The position numbers were made by a program, and so were the translations under genes. A stretch of DNA of 63,658 nucleotides, the filler included, from Intoshia linei (lineage: Eukaryota > Animalia > Orthonectida), in NCBI GenBank assembly GCA_001642005.1. It is 5 parts of 5 records of this genome, joined end to end, with 100 filler letters (N's around TTAATTAATTAA, not from the genome) between each part and the next. Parts side by side here need not be neighbours in the genome. Positions count along the whole stretch, not along the records: positions 1 to 20,751 come from LWCA01000700.1; positions 20,852 to 47,833 come from LWCA01000450.1; 3 more parts are not named here. The stretch is one strand, 5' to 3'. The notes under the pieces are model-generated. The model saw nothing but the letters and a program-made list of their open reading frames with translations. It did no database searches and had not been told where the DNA came from. Shown piece after piece: positions 12,434 to 33,900 of this stretch; the stretch's first letter is position 1; each line of letters opens with the position of its first letter.

Positions 12434-13625
12434 CATTGCGCGACATAAGTCTTAGGCACCTATAAAATAATACAATTAATTATGTTATTAAATAAAAATA
12501 TTAGATAAATATATATAAAATTACTAATATTTAGTATTTCATTTTTTATTTTGTATAACTGATGCAATTCTGCTGGGCAATGAGGCATACAAACCTTGAA
12601 TAGTTTCTAGAGGTACGCGGTCCAATTCTTCCGTTATAAATCTCCACAGTTCTTCTAAATTGGTTGGATGTAGCTTATAAACTTTATCGTTCAACATTTT
12701 CCACATATGTTCAATAATATTTAGATCCGGGCTTTGCACGGGCCAATCTTTTAATGTTTTTATACGATTTACAATGATAAATCGGCGGTTTGTCTTTGTT
12801 GTGTGGCACGGTGATCCATCTTGCTGCATCTTCACTCTAAGGAAAAAGTTTTCGTCATTTGATTTTCCAAGAATTCTCTGGTATTCTTAAGCGTTTACTC
12901 CTTTTTCACATTTAATCAATATTCTTTTTCCATCTCCTCTAATATTTCCCAAAATAAAAAATGATTGGCTATGCTTTATGCTTCTACTTGTGTACCTTGA
13001 CAAAAACTTTGTTTTTTTGGGTCTTCGTACATATACTCTCCTTTTTGAAAACAATTAAAATCTATTTTCATCAGTAAAGGCTACATTTTGCTATTGGTTC
13101 TTCCATGCCACTTTTGCTTTACACCATTTTACACGCTTTGATCTGTGAATTTTTTTTTTAGAAACGGTTTTCGACTTGCAATTCTTCATTTTAATCCAAA
13201 TCTATATAATACACGTTGCACTGTCCTCAAACTTGGATTTTTGGAATTATTTTAGTGGTGTTTGACCTCCAAAGCTGTCAAGAATGGGTTTTTATTTGAT
13301 TTCCTTTTTATAATAGCTTTTTCCCTAAATGTTAGCATGCGTTTTCTATCTGATCTTGGCAAGTCAGCTATACCTAACCCCTTTTTATATTTTTTAATTA
13401 TATTTTAAACAGCACATCGGGACATTATTAAGGTTTTACTTATAAAAATTTGACTTTTTCCATCCTTTAATAAGGACACAACATTGCATCTTTTTTCGTC
13501 ACTTATGCGCGTCATTTACTAAAAAAATAATATTTCGTTTATAGATCATTACATTTTAGTTTTTATTGAAATTTAATTTAGTTTAATTAAAATTATGAAG
13601 TGCCTAAGACTTATGTCGCGTACTG
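12434..13625 (-). mobile_element. Full-length but defective Tc1-like transposon (DD35E spacing)
   Basis: TIRs CA(T/G)T(G/A)CGCGACATAAGTCTTAGGCAC with TA on both sides. Transposase starts at ATG 13515 (MTRISDEKRCNVVSLL...) and has stops and frameshifts. Motifs FTDE and QQDGSPCH...WPVQSPDLNIIE are present. Confidence 0.93.
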
Positions 13626-14589
13626 TATTTTGCAGGGTTATTTTGTAAAATTTTTAATATGTACCATTTATTATTTATTAATGAATAATATTTTTATTTA
13701 TGATCATTTTTTTATATTAAGGGTAAGTAATAGCCTTTGAATACATTGGTGAATTGTTGGGAACATTTTTAATCATTACCAGGCATAAGAAATAATTGAG
13801 GATAAATAATCATAATCATTGATGATGGGGTGTTTTTTTTTAATATTTAAAAAAGATGTATGCTACTTTATTAACCTGTAAAAAAATTTCAACCTTACCT
13901 TTTAATTACTGAGTATCAATTTTAATTTTGCAAATGTAAACTTCTATATTGCAATATATTTTTTTTGAATTTAATTAGTGACAAATTTATCCTGAATTCA
14001 ATGTTTTAAAAATATCATATTACCATTTGAATTTTTGCAAAATTGAAGTTGACAATAGCGTTAATTAAGTATAAACCATGTAATTAATAAGCTAATTAAT
14101 ATAAACATTTTTAAAATACTTGAGCAACTCGACTTGATTTTTATAACTTTATCAAAATTTAATTAGCTAATTATATATGCATAATATAATGTAATATATA
14201 ATGCTTGTAATTTCATGCTGATAAAAATATCCAAAATTAATTTTATTAACATTTTGGCGCCACAATGAAGACATAAATTGAGCTATGAACTGAAAATATA
14301 CACATCATCAATGTGAATTACATTTACAGTTTAATATGTATTTATTAATGTAGTTCAGACCACATATAAGTTAATAATTTAGCGATTATACACATTCATA
14401 TTTTAAATAAACATAAAACTTATAGGACATTAAACGCTTAATTGAATGTATCATTTTATTTAGAAGACATGATAAAACTTTAAATGTAATATTGGTAAAA
14501 TTTATATACTACATATACTGTAGTTTACTTACATATAACGAAAGTTTTACTGAGTTTTTCTAAATTTTCTTGCACAGTGTAATTAACGG

Positions 14590-15470
14590 AATCAGCACTT
14601 TATAAACATATTTCGTATGAATTTTGCCAACATTTCCAACTTGCAATGCATTGTAATAAATATAAAAATGATAACAAGGTACAACTGTTATTCGTTGTTG
14701 TATATCAAATGTAGTTATAGAAAAATTTTTGTACATTTTTTAATAATTAGTATTTGAGAATCAAAAATTGAAAAATCCGAATTAATGAATTATATAGATT
14801 ACCACCTATATTTCTTTATTGGAAATGTGTAGACGTTCAATGCACATCTTTGTTGAAATTTTATGATGATTTATTTACATTTTAAAAAACTTAATCCAAC
14901 ATTTTAAAAATATTGGTTGAGAATATATTAAAAATTATTTCTCACCCGGAATGCGTAGATTTCTGAGGTTGAAATTTTTTATTTATATTAACTGGAATAA
15001 GCTGTATCAGAATAATCTCTTTTTTTTTAATTGTAGAACCGTTCATTATTTCGAATTTTTTGTTTTAATAAAATATTTACGAAATAAAAAAAGACATCCG
15101 GTGTTTTTATCGTGAAAATGATCTTTTTTGAGGTTGCCATTTATGATAATGCTTATAATTTTAAAAACTATCCAAGCATTTGTTTTATAAAAATTTAGGA
15201 CATTTTTCATTTTTAAAATAAATGATAATTTGTAGTTTTGACCATGAAGGTATGCGTTTCTGAGGTTGAGATTAATGCAATGTTAATGCTTTTATAAAGC
15301 GTCACAGAACTGATTTTTGTTAAATTTGATTTGATTTAATTTTGATTAAAAAAATTAATAGGCTGATTATTTTTTAAAAAAAATAAAAAATTGCGTATTT
15401 AACCCTGAAGGACTCAAATTCTGAAAGTGAAAAATAGATAAAACACGCTCTGTGAAAAACTATATTATAT
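14590..15470 (-). mobile_element. Helitron family internal segment
   Basis: Reverse-complement similarity to ~53750-54690 (GGAAATGTGTAGACG, GAATGCGTAGATTTCT, TTTTGACCATGAAGGT). Confidence 0.65.
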
Positions 15471-16715
15471 ATTTTATTTTATTAAATCCTACCACTTAAA
15501 TAATTTCTTAAAATTTTAAAATTTCCATCAAATAAAGATCTTGACCCCAGTAAATAATAGTAAAATCATAAGGAGAGAGATAAAGACAAGAAAGAGATAC
15601 TTTTTAATGATAAGTAATAATTTAATTTTATAATTTAATTTAATAATAATACATTTTACCCTGGTAGACCTATATTCATTTTTAACGAAGGGCTATACTA
15701 AAAGCATGGAAAAAATATCATATATAAAAAATTCAATACATTTCAAGAAGGTAATTAGTTTTGAATCTTGTATCAAGACTCAACTGCTTGATGTGTACCA
15801 CTTATCTTCTTATATATTAGACTTATTGCATATTACAAACATTTTTGAATACTTTACAATGTAAAGTTTACATACACGTTAAATAATATTCCAATATGAA
15901 CAATGTCCATTGGACAGTGTCCAAAATTATATCACTACAACCACTCCACTAGTTAAGCATTATTAATGCGTTATGTTAAAACAATACATTGAAATTTCGA
16001 TTAGTAAGATAGTAGCACTTCCCTACATCCAGGGTAATCAGAATTACGAATTGCGGTGCCTAAAACTAATTTTTCTAACAAATTTGTTTTATTTTTATAA
16101 TTTCTATTAATTCCCACGAATGACCATAAAACCACCAGTAATAATACGAATAAAATATAGTTAACCTGATATAACATACATGAATATATGTAGTTTATAG
16201 ATCATAACTTATATAAAATATATATTTCATTAAAAGAAATAAAACACATTGAAAAATTGATTCATTTATTTCATATTAATAAATAATTCATAATAACATT
16301 AATAAATAAACAAATAATTCAATACACAAAATTTATTGAGAAATAACATCAAAAAAACTTTTTTCCAGACAAAATAACTGAATTGATTCATTACAATAAT
16401 TTTACAATGTAAATAATACACATTTAAAAAAATTAATAAAATGTATTAACTTCTGAGAATCGTTAGACGTTAGAATTAATTTTAAGTAAATTAAAACCAT
16501 ATTTGAATGACCAATTTACAATTAAATTTAATGAAATAATACGTTTTACGATTTGAATTTTATTTTGTTTACTCTATATGTAAATACAGCATTTACTAAT
16601 GTGACAATAGTACTAATATGATTCAAATCTAAAATATTAACATTTACTACACTACATTTGGTAAGTTTGATAAAAAGATTATTTTTAATCTATATTTGAT
16701 TTGAAATTGACTGAT

Positions 16716-19700
16716 ATGGCTCATAATTCCAAATTTTTATCGTTTAAAGAAGATATGAAGAAAATTATCAATATGGCAAAATATAATCGAAAAATGTACA
16801 TGGACAACTACGAAGAAAGTGTTGGCCCAATTGTCAAACCTCAGCATTTTGTAATTAATTATAACATAATCTCTATCGTTTTGAAATGTGTGATTATTTG
16901 TGTGAATAGTGAAGATAGGTAAGAGGAAATGTATTGTTTTTTAAAGAATTATGCTTGTAATTCTTTTTGATAAATCTTTTATAGTAATATACTTTTGTAT
17001 AGGGTACACAGTAACTAAATTGTAAGTTAAAATTGACGTTTTTAGATATATTTTGAATATTTACCTTTAATTTTAAAGTTTACAATGTATTTTTTCATAT
17101 TGATATAAAAAGGGTAATGAATAGAAACGAAAATTTAATATGGTAAAATATGGTACAGTCAAAAGTCAATAATTGAATTATTTTATGTTTTTAAATTCAA
17201 TTATTTACATTTACATGTACAGTGTACAGTAGCAAGGATTTATTACGTATGATCAAGGATTTCAAAATATTGACGAAGATACGAATAGATCGATGAGTCA
17301 ATGGGTTGTATTATTGAGGGAATACAATAGTAAATCTAATAAATTTTTTAAATGGATAAATAACACGTTTTATAAATCAAATTAGCCGCTAATATTGTAA
17401 AAATTGCGAATCCCGGTAAAAACAATATTGGTTACTATTTTCAAATTTTGATTTCTCAAAACTTAAATATCGTGAATAATGTAAATTAAAAATTTAGGAA
17501 ATGAAGCGATTTATCTCTGAAAAAATAAAAATGTTTGATTCAATTGACTATATCAAGAAGGTAATATCAATTGATGATCATAGTTGGATTGTTGAAGCTT
17601 CTACTATACTGTTGAATAATTTTGTTATTTTTTTGGCTGTTTATATGAAAATTGATATGATTAAAAGGTATTTTTAATTGTGCATAATATATTTACTTTG
17701 TTATTATACTATCTAGAATGTTACGTACATTATACAAAATAATAACTAGCTCTTCGATAGAAAACTTTACTATTTTAAAACTGCATTTTTAAAATTATTA
17801 TAGACAACTAGGTTGACTGTTATGTACTACGTACAAACAGCATATAGCTTTGCAAAGGGCAAATTTTTATAAAAAAATAAATTACAGTGTAAAATCTAAC
17901 TTAAAAATCCTATTCTTTTTTAAAATTCTAGTATATTGATATTTTTTTATTTTACAAAATAATGGTTAGTTTGTGGTTTTGGCAGTGAAAATACACGTTA
18001 TTGCGGTTAAATTTATGATTTTAAGTCTGTATCAGAATTTATGTTTTTTTATATTTTAGCACTCGTTTCATTACAAAAGAAATGTAACTTTGGAGTTTCA
18101 AATTGGGGTCCCAATTTTTCAGTTTTAAATTTATCTTCATATTTGCATTGGAGAAAATTGAGTTTGAATTTTTTTTAGATATTTCTGGGATTGTCAGTTT
18201 TCTCAATAAATGTTAGACACTGTACTGTACAACTATACAGACACACACTTTTAGCAACAATTACTTATACATGTAAATAAGAATAGAGATAATAATGACT
18301 ATTAATAATACAATTACAATTAGGAGAGAAGATAATAAACAAGAACAAGCCTTTTCAGCCATTGCAAATATTATTGAATTTGTTGATCGATTTGTCTTTA
18401 TTGAAGATGAAGAAGGTAGTGAAATTGATATGACCAATGATGATGAATATGGACAGTTTTTGGTAATTTAATTGTATACTCATTTAAAAAAACCGCCAAA
18501 ATTTTTTTCATTAATTTCAACAAATTTGCAAATGAATCGGTTGAGATTCATCAAACTTGTTTTCAATTATGTCAAGTTCGAACTACTTGATTTCGTTTAT
18601 AGTGTTACTGACGGTTCTTATGCAAAAAATTTAGAAATGGAAAAATTTGCAAATATAAAAGATATGTTGTCAAAAATTAAAAATTTCTGAAGGATTTATA
18701 TTATAAAATGTATAATGTATGTGAACCGTTATTAACGTAGTCTACAGAAAAATATTGATTCTTAAAAGAATATTATAATTAAGAACTAAATGCATTAATA
18801 CAGGCAATGACTGTGAATTAAGCTTTATTTAATACATCATATTCAGCGCTCTCAACCGATGCGACAACCAAAATTAGATACGTTCAACGAATATGTATTT
18901 GGAATATTATGTACATTTATTTTAAAAAATTAAGTTGACTCTACGGTAAGGGGTTTTGCCTCGTGAGTCATAAATGAACAAAAATTGAAGGGACATACAG
19001 CATAAAAGGGGTTGAGAATGTATGTATGAGATCAGGATTGTATTTATTAATAATATATATATTTAGTTATGTTACATATGTTAATGTAAAGGCTTTAAAA
19101 AAATTGTAAGGGTTGACAAAAAATTACTATTATTGCTGTTATTTCTTTACTTATTGAACAATTCTACAATAATTAATTACAATTAATTATTTTAATTCTC
19201 TAACTTGTATAAACTAATAGGTTCAATGCGATAACTTTCAGCGATTGGTAGATAGAATATTTAAAGACATTGAAGATCATATTGCTTTTAAAAAGTATAT
19301 TATTTTGTATATACATATTAGAGCTCTACAATGCATTGTAGATTATTGCAATGTAGATTCCACATGTGCAGATGACCTCGGCGATACACCACTAATTTCT
19401 TTCAACAATTCTCATTAACGCCCCGTATCCGGCTCGCCTTTTAATTTCTTCTATAATCTTCCCGTACCAATGGTAAGTTTTTATTTTCTTACGAATCCGT
19501 ATATCATAATTTATCACCAGTATCCTCTCAAGCTATTTGTATACTTTTTATATACTAACCGTTAATAACACACTGCCCATTTGAAATGGTATTTTGAAAA
19601 TGTCTAAGCAGTATTGTATAAAAACCGATAAGAAATTTGAACGTCGATAAAAACCACAAAAATTGAAATTTATAGTTAAGTGTGGGTGTTGAGACCATAA

Positions 19701-20334
19701 AATATAAACCATGACAACTTACCACAATGTTATTTTTGAAAAAAAAATAAAGTTAAATTTAGATTTATCTATACTATTTTCAAAAGGATATTTATAATGA
19801 TGAGCGCAGATATTTTTAATTGCGACATAGTGCTTCTATTTTAAAAATTACTAATCACCCATTAAATTCTAAAATTTCAAAAAAATGTGAAATTTAATAC
19901 ACACATTCTGTCTAATAAATTAAAAATATGAGATAACAATTGTTTTTAAAATTCTTTACGCAAATGTTATCAAAAAACAATTACATGGAATAATTCACTT
20001 TAAAGTAAAAAGTAATGTGATATGACGGTTCACTTGAAACAAGTCTGGGAACCATCCTTTATAGGATTCATAAATGTGAATAGTAGGATTTTTAAAAGTT
20101 AGATTTTCAGCGTGAATTTACTTTTTTGGTGGAATAAAAATGTGCCCTCGGTAGAGCTATGTGCTGTTTGTACGTAGTACATAACAGTCAACCTAGTATC
20201 ATATAAATGTAGTCTAATTTAGAAATAATATCAGAGTAATACCTTCACGATGTACATTACCAAATTTTCAAGGAAATACAACCATTTTGGATCAATTGAG
20301 ATGTAGCATGCCAACATTTAGTGAAATGGTGTAA
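16716..20334 (+). CDS. Uncharacterised multi-exon protein (~250 aa), possible Ariadne-domain-like helical bundle
   Basis: Exons ~16716-16850, ~17233-17328, ~17498-17667, ~18324-18462, ~19221-19294 and ~20223-20334. The last four are phase-compatible and end CSMPTFSEMV*. The junction at ~17330-17497 is unresolved. Confidence 0.6.
17808..18070 (-). mobile_element. Helitron 3' end copy
   Basis: Reverse strand reads CTGTTTGTACGTAGTACATAACAG (hairpin), then TCAAC-CTAG|T. Confidence 0.75.
19860..20196 (+). mobile_element. Helitron 3' portion
   Basis: Ends GCTGTTTGTACGTAGTACATAACAGTCAACCTAG|T. Body matches the inverted copy at 58077-58500. Confidence 0.75.
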
Positions 20335-20420
20335 TACATTATCATTAATAAAAATTTATAGAACTTCACACTATAGTATATACATTATTTTTAGCTATCT
20401 ACCTAGCTATTAACTACATA

Positions 20421-21234
20421 CTAGTGCGCGTCACATAATTAGCATAAAATATAAATTTTTTAAATGTTGGATGAGTTAAGTGTATATAATTTTTGATATT
20501 AAAGATGAATCTACTAAATTATTTTTTCGTAATGTAGACATGTGTATTTTCTATAACATATGTGAAAATAGGGGGATAATTATGTTTTTAAGATTTAATC
20601 AATTAACATTTTGTGTCACATAATTAGAATAAGCCCGCAAATTGTAGTTTAACATAAGGAAACGACAATAATTTGTTAATAAACATGGGTAAAAATTTTG
20701 ATATTACATCTGAATTGAAATCACAGATTATGGCTTTGTCTATCGCAGGAANNNNNNNNNNNNNNNNNNNNNNNNNNNNNNNNNNNNNNNNNNNNTTAAT
20801 TAATTAANNNNNNNNNNNNNNNNNNNNNNNNNNNNNNNNNNNNNNNNNNNNGATAACTCTAGATACTGTGGACTGAGAACAATGCAGTTGCATGTATATT
20901 TTTTTACGTTATATTATGTTAAACTTCAATTTGCGGGCTTATTCTAATTATGTGACCCAAAATTTTTTCACTAAATGTTAATTCTTAATATCTTAAAAAC
21001 ATAATTATCTTCCCATTTTCATATATGTTATAGAAAATACATATGTCTACATTACTTATTTAAACTCACACAAAATAAACAAAATCACATAAACAAACTC
21101 TTACTTAAAATAATTAAGTAGATTTATCTCCAATATCATAAATTATATTATAAATTCATATCATAAATTATATTGACTTAACTGATCCAACATTTAAAAA
21201 AAAATTTTTATGCTAATTATGTGACGCGCACTAG
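20421..21234 (+). mobile_element. Tc1-like transposon with long IR/DR-type TIRs, spanning an assembly gap
   Basis: TA|CTAGTGCGCGTCACATAATTAGCATAAA ... TTTATGCTAATTATGTGACGCGCACTAG|TA. Internal repeat GTCACATAATTAG. ORF start MGKNFDITSELKSQIMALSIAG before the gap. Same terminus at 60760. Confidence 0.85.
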
Positions 21235-21251
21235 TATTTATTAATTTTTAA

Positions 21252-21530
<279 letters not shown>

Positions 21531-21626
21531 TTGCATAAAATAAAATTTTATACCAAATCATAATTTAAATTAAATAGTTAGAATAAAAAAAAATGTACAT
21601 TTAATATAATACAAAATATTTACATT

Positions 21627-29290
<7,664 letters not shown>

Positions 29291-29614
29291 ATCAATGTTT
29301 CTTATTTATTGCAATCAAATTCAAATTGTTTGGTAAACACATCAAAATATAATATTATTCCGAGTCTGTAAATGACACAATAAATCACGAGTGGAAAAAT
29401 ATTTGTTCTATATACACAAGATTGCTTAATAACAAAAAATTGAAATTTATTTTAACAAATAAACATTTGACATCTCTAATGTTGTGTGAACGATATACAA
29501 AAAGAATTTATATTTATTGTATATTGTATGTTGCGTGATTGAATATTAGTTGATTTATAATTGCATTTTTATTCTTTATTTATATTTAAATTTTTCTTGA
29601 ATTAAGCATTATTC

Positions 29615-30897
29615 ATGACAAGTGAATTTTTCGATAAATCTGCCTACAAAAATTACAATGTTGTTTATACAGGTAAAATTATATATAAAATTTTAATTTT
29701 GAATTTTCGTTTACATGTTAATTAGATGCGTCTTGTTTATCTTTTGATGTCATTCAAGCTGATTTTGAATTTGAGAGTTACCCTCAACAAGTCTTTTTGG
29801 TTGCAGGCAGCCAGGGCCAAGAAAATGACGAAAAATTAATGATTATGAGGATCGACAATATTACCGAAATTAATGACGAAAATGACACAGAGTCTGAATC
29901 CGAGTCGGACTCAGATTTGGATGATTCAAAAGATGCATGTAATGGATTTGGGTCTAAAAAAATTTCAACTTTTTCTGTAAATATTCCTTTCAAGTATGGC
30001 TGTGTCAATAGACTCAGAATGTACAAAACCAGTAGCGGTGTAAACTTGTCAGCTTGTATGGGAAGTGACGGAACATTTTCCATTTTTAACGTCAATCCAG
30101 CGTACGAATCTTTAGATGACAAAGACATGATAACGAAATTTAAATCTATTAAAAATTTTGACGAGTTTACTCTTTTTTCGAAAAAAAATGACAATGAAGG
30201 TTATGCGGTCGCTTGGAATGGATTAATTGAAGGAGAAATTGCTACTGGGGATTGTGGCGGCAGTATACATTTATGGAAATCTGATGAAGAAACTTGGAAC
30301 AATTATGCGACAATGTCTAATGAAGAGTCTATCGAAGACATTTGCTGGTCTCCTTCAGAATCGACTATTTTTGCAGCCTGTTCGACGGACAAGTCGATAT
30401 TCATGTGTGATACTCGACATAAATTGAAAAAAACATTAATAATCAAAAATGCCCACCAAAGTGACGTAAATGTGATTGATTGGAGTTTATTAGACGCAAA
30501 CATTATTGTGAGTGGTTCGGATGATAAAATGTTAAATTTATGGGACATTAGAACTACAAATAAACCCTTTTTAACAATCAAACAGCATATAGGATCAATA
30601 ACCAGTGTTGAGTGGAATCCAAAGGAAAAGGGTGTTTTTTGTGCCTCATCAGAAGACGATACGGTTGTTCAGTACGACATTTACATTGAAAAGGATAATG
30701 ACGGAATACCAACCAAAAACAATCACGTTCTAACGGATCAAGATTTACAAGATGTATCAAATATACCTGAACAAGTTTTATTCGTTCATGGAGGTCAAGA
30801 AGAAATTAAAGAAGTTCATTGGCATAAACAGTACACTGGGCTTGTCATAACATCATCACAAAACGATTTAAACATTTTTAGGACCATTACTGTTTAA
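29615..30897 (+). CDS. GRWD1: Glutamate-rich WD repeat protein 1 (Rrb1 homologue, ribosome assembly)
   Basis: Exons 29615-29672 and 29726-30897 give DKSAY...SCLSFDVI...YPQQVFLVAGSQ, an acidic tract, GCVNRLR, EGYAVAW, SIEDICWSPSE, AHQSDVNVIDW and PEQVLFVHGGQEEIKEVHWH...FRTITV. Confidence 0.93.
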
Positions 30898-30909
30898 ATT
30901 AATTGTTTA

Positions 30910-33900
30910 TTACCATTCGATAGTTAAATCGGTAGAATTTACAGTGACAGAATTAAAATTTGTATATACAATTTTTTTGAATGTTTTGTTTGGTACAGTG
31001 GATTTAAGTTTTTCGTATGAGTTTACAATTTTTTCATAATTGTATGACGTGTCATTTTGTTCATTTTTCATGTCTGGGAGTGAATTGTCTCTTTCTTGGA
31101 TAGTGGTAAATTGACCCGCACCATTCAAACATCCTAATTTATAAAACTGATTAAATTTGTCAATGTATACCCTCATCACAAGCCATCAGTTCAATGTATT
31201 GTAAATTCTGTTTAGGTTTTTTTAGTTTTTGTATTATGTATTGAATATTTTTATAGCCATATGCATATGTGTATAAATATTTTGAACCTTTGACGTTTAA
31301 ATTCGCAAGGCCGTTTCTAAAAAATATTAATGACAATATTGAATTTTAAATACTTTATTTGATCGTATTTTATATTTAAATCAAATTTTTGTTCAGTGTG
31401 GACAAAGCTATGCTGTAAAAAACCGTCTGAACCTAATCCTATATATGGTTCAATTTCAGTCTCTTGGAGAAATCTATTTACAATTTAATTTGGAATTTTT
31501 GAAAAAATTACGGTGTGAAAATTTTGCCAACATTTGAAGACAATTTGGTTTTTTTAATATATGTGAGTAAATCTGCTAAATAAAAATAATTACTAAAGTT
31601 TTTAAACTGTAATGGGAAAAATCAACCCTGGAATTTTTCATTGATGATAATTAATACACAAAAAACCTTAGGATTAATATTCCACAGAAACTATTTTATA
31701 AATTGATATTAGGTCATTTTATAATCATCAATATATTTAGTTGCTGGAACAATTTTATTAATTTAATGTCAAAAATACTTGTTACTAACAATGTGTGTGC
31801 CAACACATTTGAAATTTGTTAGTATTTCTATATTTTCCAACTTCATATAAAGTAAATAACACGCAGTTTTAACTATAATAAATAATAATTTAAAAAAATA
31901 CAGGTTGATACAACACAGTCAATATCCTTTGAATTATTATTAGATAGAAATTTAGTTTGAGACGATTCCAATTTCCGGTCGTGGCATGGCATTAGAGTGG
32001 CAATATAAAGATTTTCGTTTTTGAAAATACAACTTCGCAGTAATGATGATTGAATTTGTTGAGGAGATTTAACAGTGGAAAGATATGTAACATATGAAGG
32101 GTAGACATTTTCAATGTATCGAACTATACCTGGACAGGACGAACAAATGTAAGGACTGTTTTTTGAAACTTTTTCTGCAAATTCCAAAGCTGCAGCGTGG
32201 AGGCTAATCGCTATAGATGTGTTCAAATCCATTACATAATCAAAACCTAAAATTTAATTATTCTTAATATTTACCAATACAGATGTAAATAAAGAAAAGT
32301 AAAACATTGAAAAGTTGTTTAATCAAGTTTTTAATTGATAATACAGATGACATATTACAAAGCAGCTAAAACGTTTACCTATATTCCACATGTATTTTCA
32401 ACACTGAGTCAAAAGTTCATTTTTAAATTAGGAAAATAATTGTGGGAATGGACAAAAAAAGTGAAAGTAAAGTTAGAAAAGTTTAATTGATGATTTAATT
32501 ATTTGACCTAAAAACATATCTAGAACGTTTGAACCCACTTAAACCAAATCAAAAATTTTTTGTAGGTTCGATATTTTTTCCTTACCACTTAACCATGTAA
32601 CAATATTTTTGATTCATCCGACCAAATAACCTTTTTCTAAAACTAGGTTTTTCAATGATAGTTTTTTCGCTTAAACCTACTATTTTCGGAAATATAAGAT
32701 TACTTTATTGGAGAAACATGAATTAAATCCAATTGCTTAAAATATCTCCGAACTTGTTGGGAAATATAAAAATTTAAATCTTTTTGTTACCTGATTGCAT
32801 ATTTTGACTGAATTGTTTTTTTGTCCCTGTAAATAATATTAAGTATTTTAAAAGAAAATTGCAAAGCTAATTTTGAAGATCTACCGAAATAATATTTACA
32901 CGTCAGCTTACCGCTTTTCTCATATTTTTTACTACTTTATTAACACCTTCAAAAAATAATTCAGATTATTAAAAATTTCCATTTGTGGCGTTCCTGCGAC
33001 CCACAACCAATGACTCTTTCTTGATTTATTTTAAATATTTTTTAGCCATGAAAAGAGTATTTTTAATTAGAATATTCAAATTTTACGGCCGATTAATGAT
33101 CTTTAATTTTTTTGTCAGGGTCATATGGTTTTGCCAATTATCTTAGAATATTATTGACTCAATGTTGAAAATAAATATGGCATATACTTAAACTTTTGAG
33201 TAGCTTCATTAACTGTTTTCTGTTATATCAATTAAAACTTGCTTATACGTTATTTCAAACTTTCACTTTTTTTGACTACAGCTATATATACTTCACTGTA
33301 ACGACAAAATAACGACAGGAGCGAATAAAATGTTTTTTCAAAATTGATGGCCCAGTTTTCATTTTCTGTAAAAAATTTTTAATTTAATGATTTACTTAAA
33401 ATTAAATGTTTGGCTTACATTTATATCGGTATCGATTATAATTATCATTACTAAAAAAACTAGAACCGAAATTTGCCATTTACAAATCCTTAGTTAATCC
33501 TAACTACAAAAAATGTACACTGTCCATTTATTACCTCTTATACTATTTTGTAAAATTTTTGTCACTTGATGTTTGTAAATAAAAAAATTCTACTAATTAA
33601 TTCAATATTTTTACAAATTACGCACCTAAATTTAGATAAACTATACATAAAAATAGATAAAACGTAACAAATTCACGTTTCATTTATATTCATTGCAATA
33701 TTGCTAGGAGGGGTATATCATTTATTACGGTTATTATTTAATTTTGATCCTCAAAATTCGTCATTATCTTTTTTTTAAAAGAAAAACATTAATAATATTT
33801 CACATTTTTTCAAAACCGCAAAAAAATGTAATGCACCCGTTGAGAATGCCTGCTATAAACCGATTAAATTTTATTACAGCAAATATAAACACATTTTACA

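Noticed and set aside
20752-20850. TTAATTAATTAA palindrome inside N-runs (also at 47834-47933, 60775-60874 and 62224-62323)
   Set aside because: Identical six-frame-stop linker centred in ~100-bp gaps. A scaffolding artefact, not biology.
29784-30760. Overlapping ORFs 29784-30194, 30227-30427, 30303-30581 and 30578-30760 (also 50481-51059, 37159-37446 and 10368-10583)
   Set aside because: Antisense or alternate-frame shadows of real genes, with no recognisable motifs.
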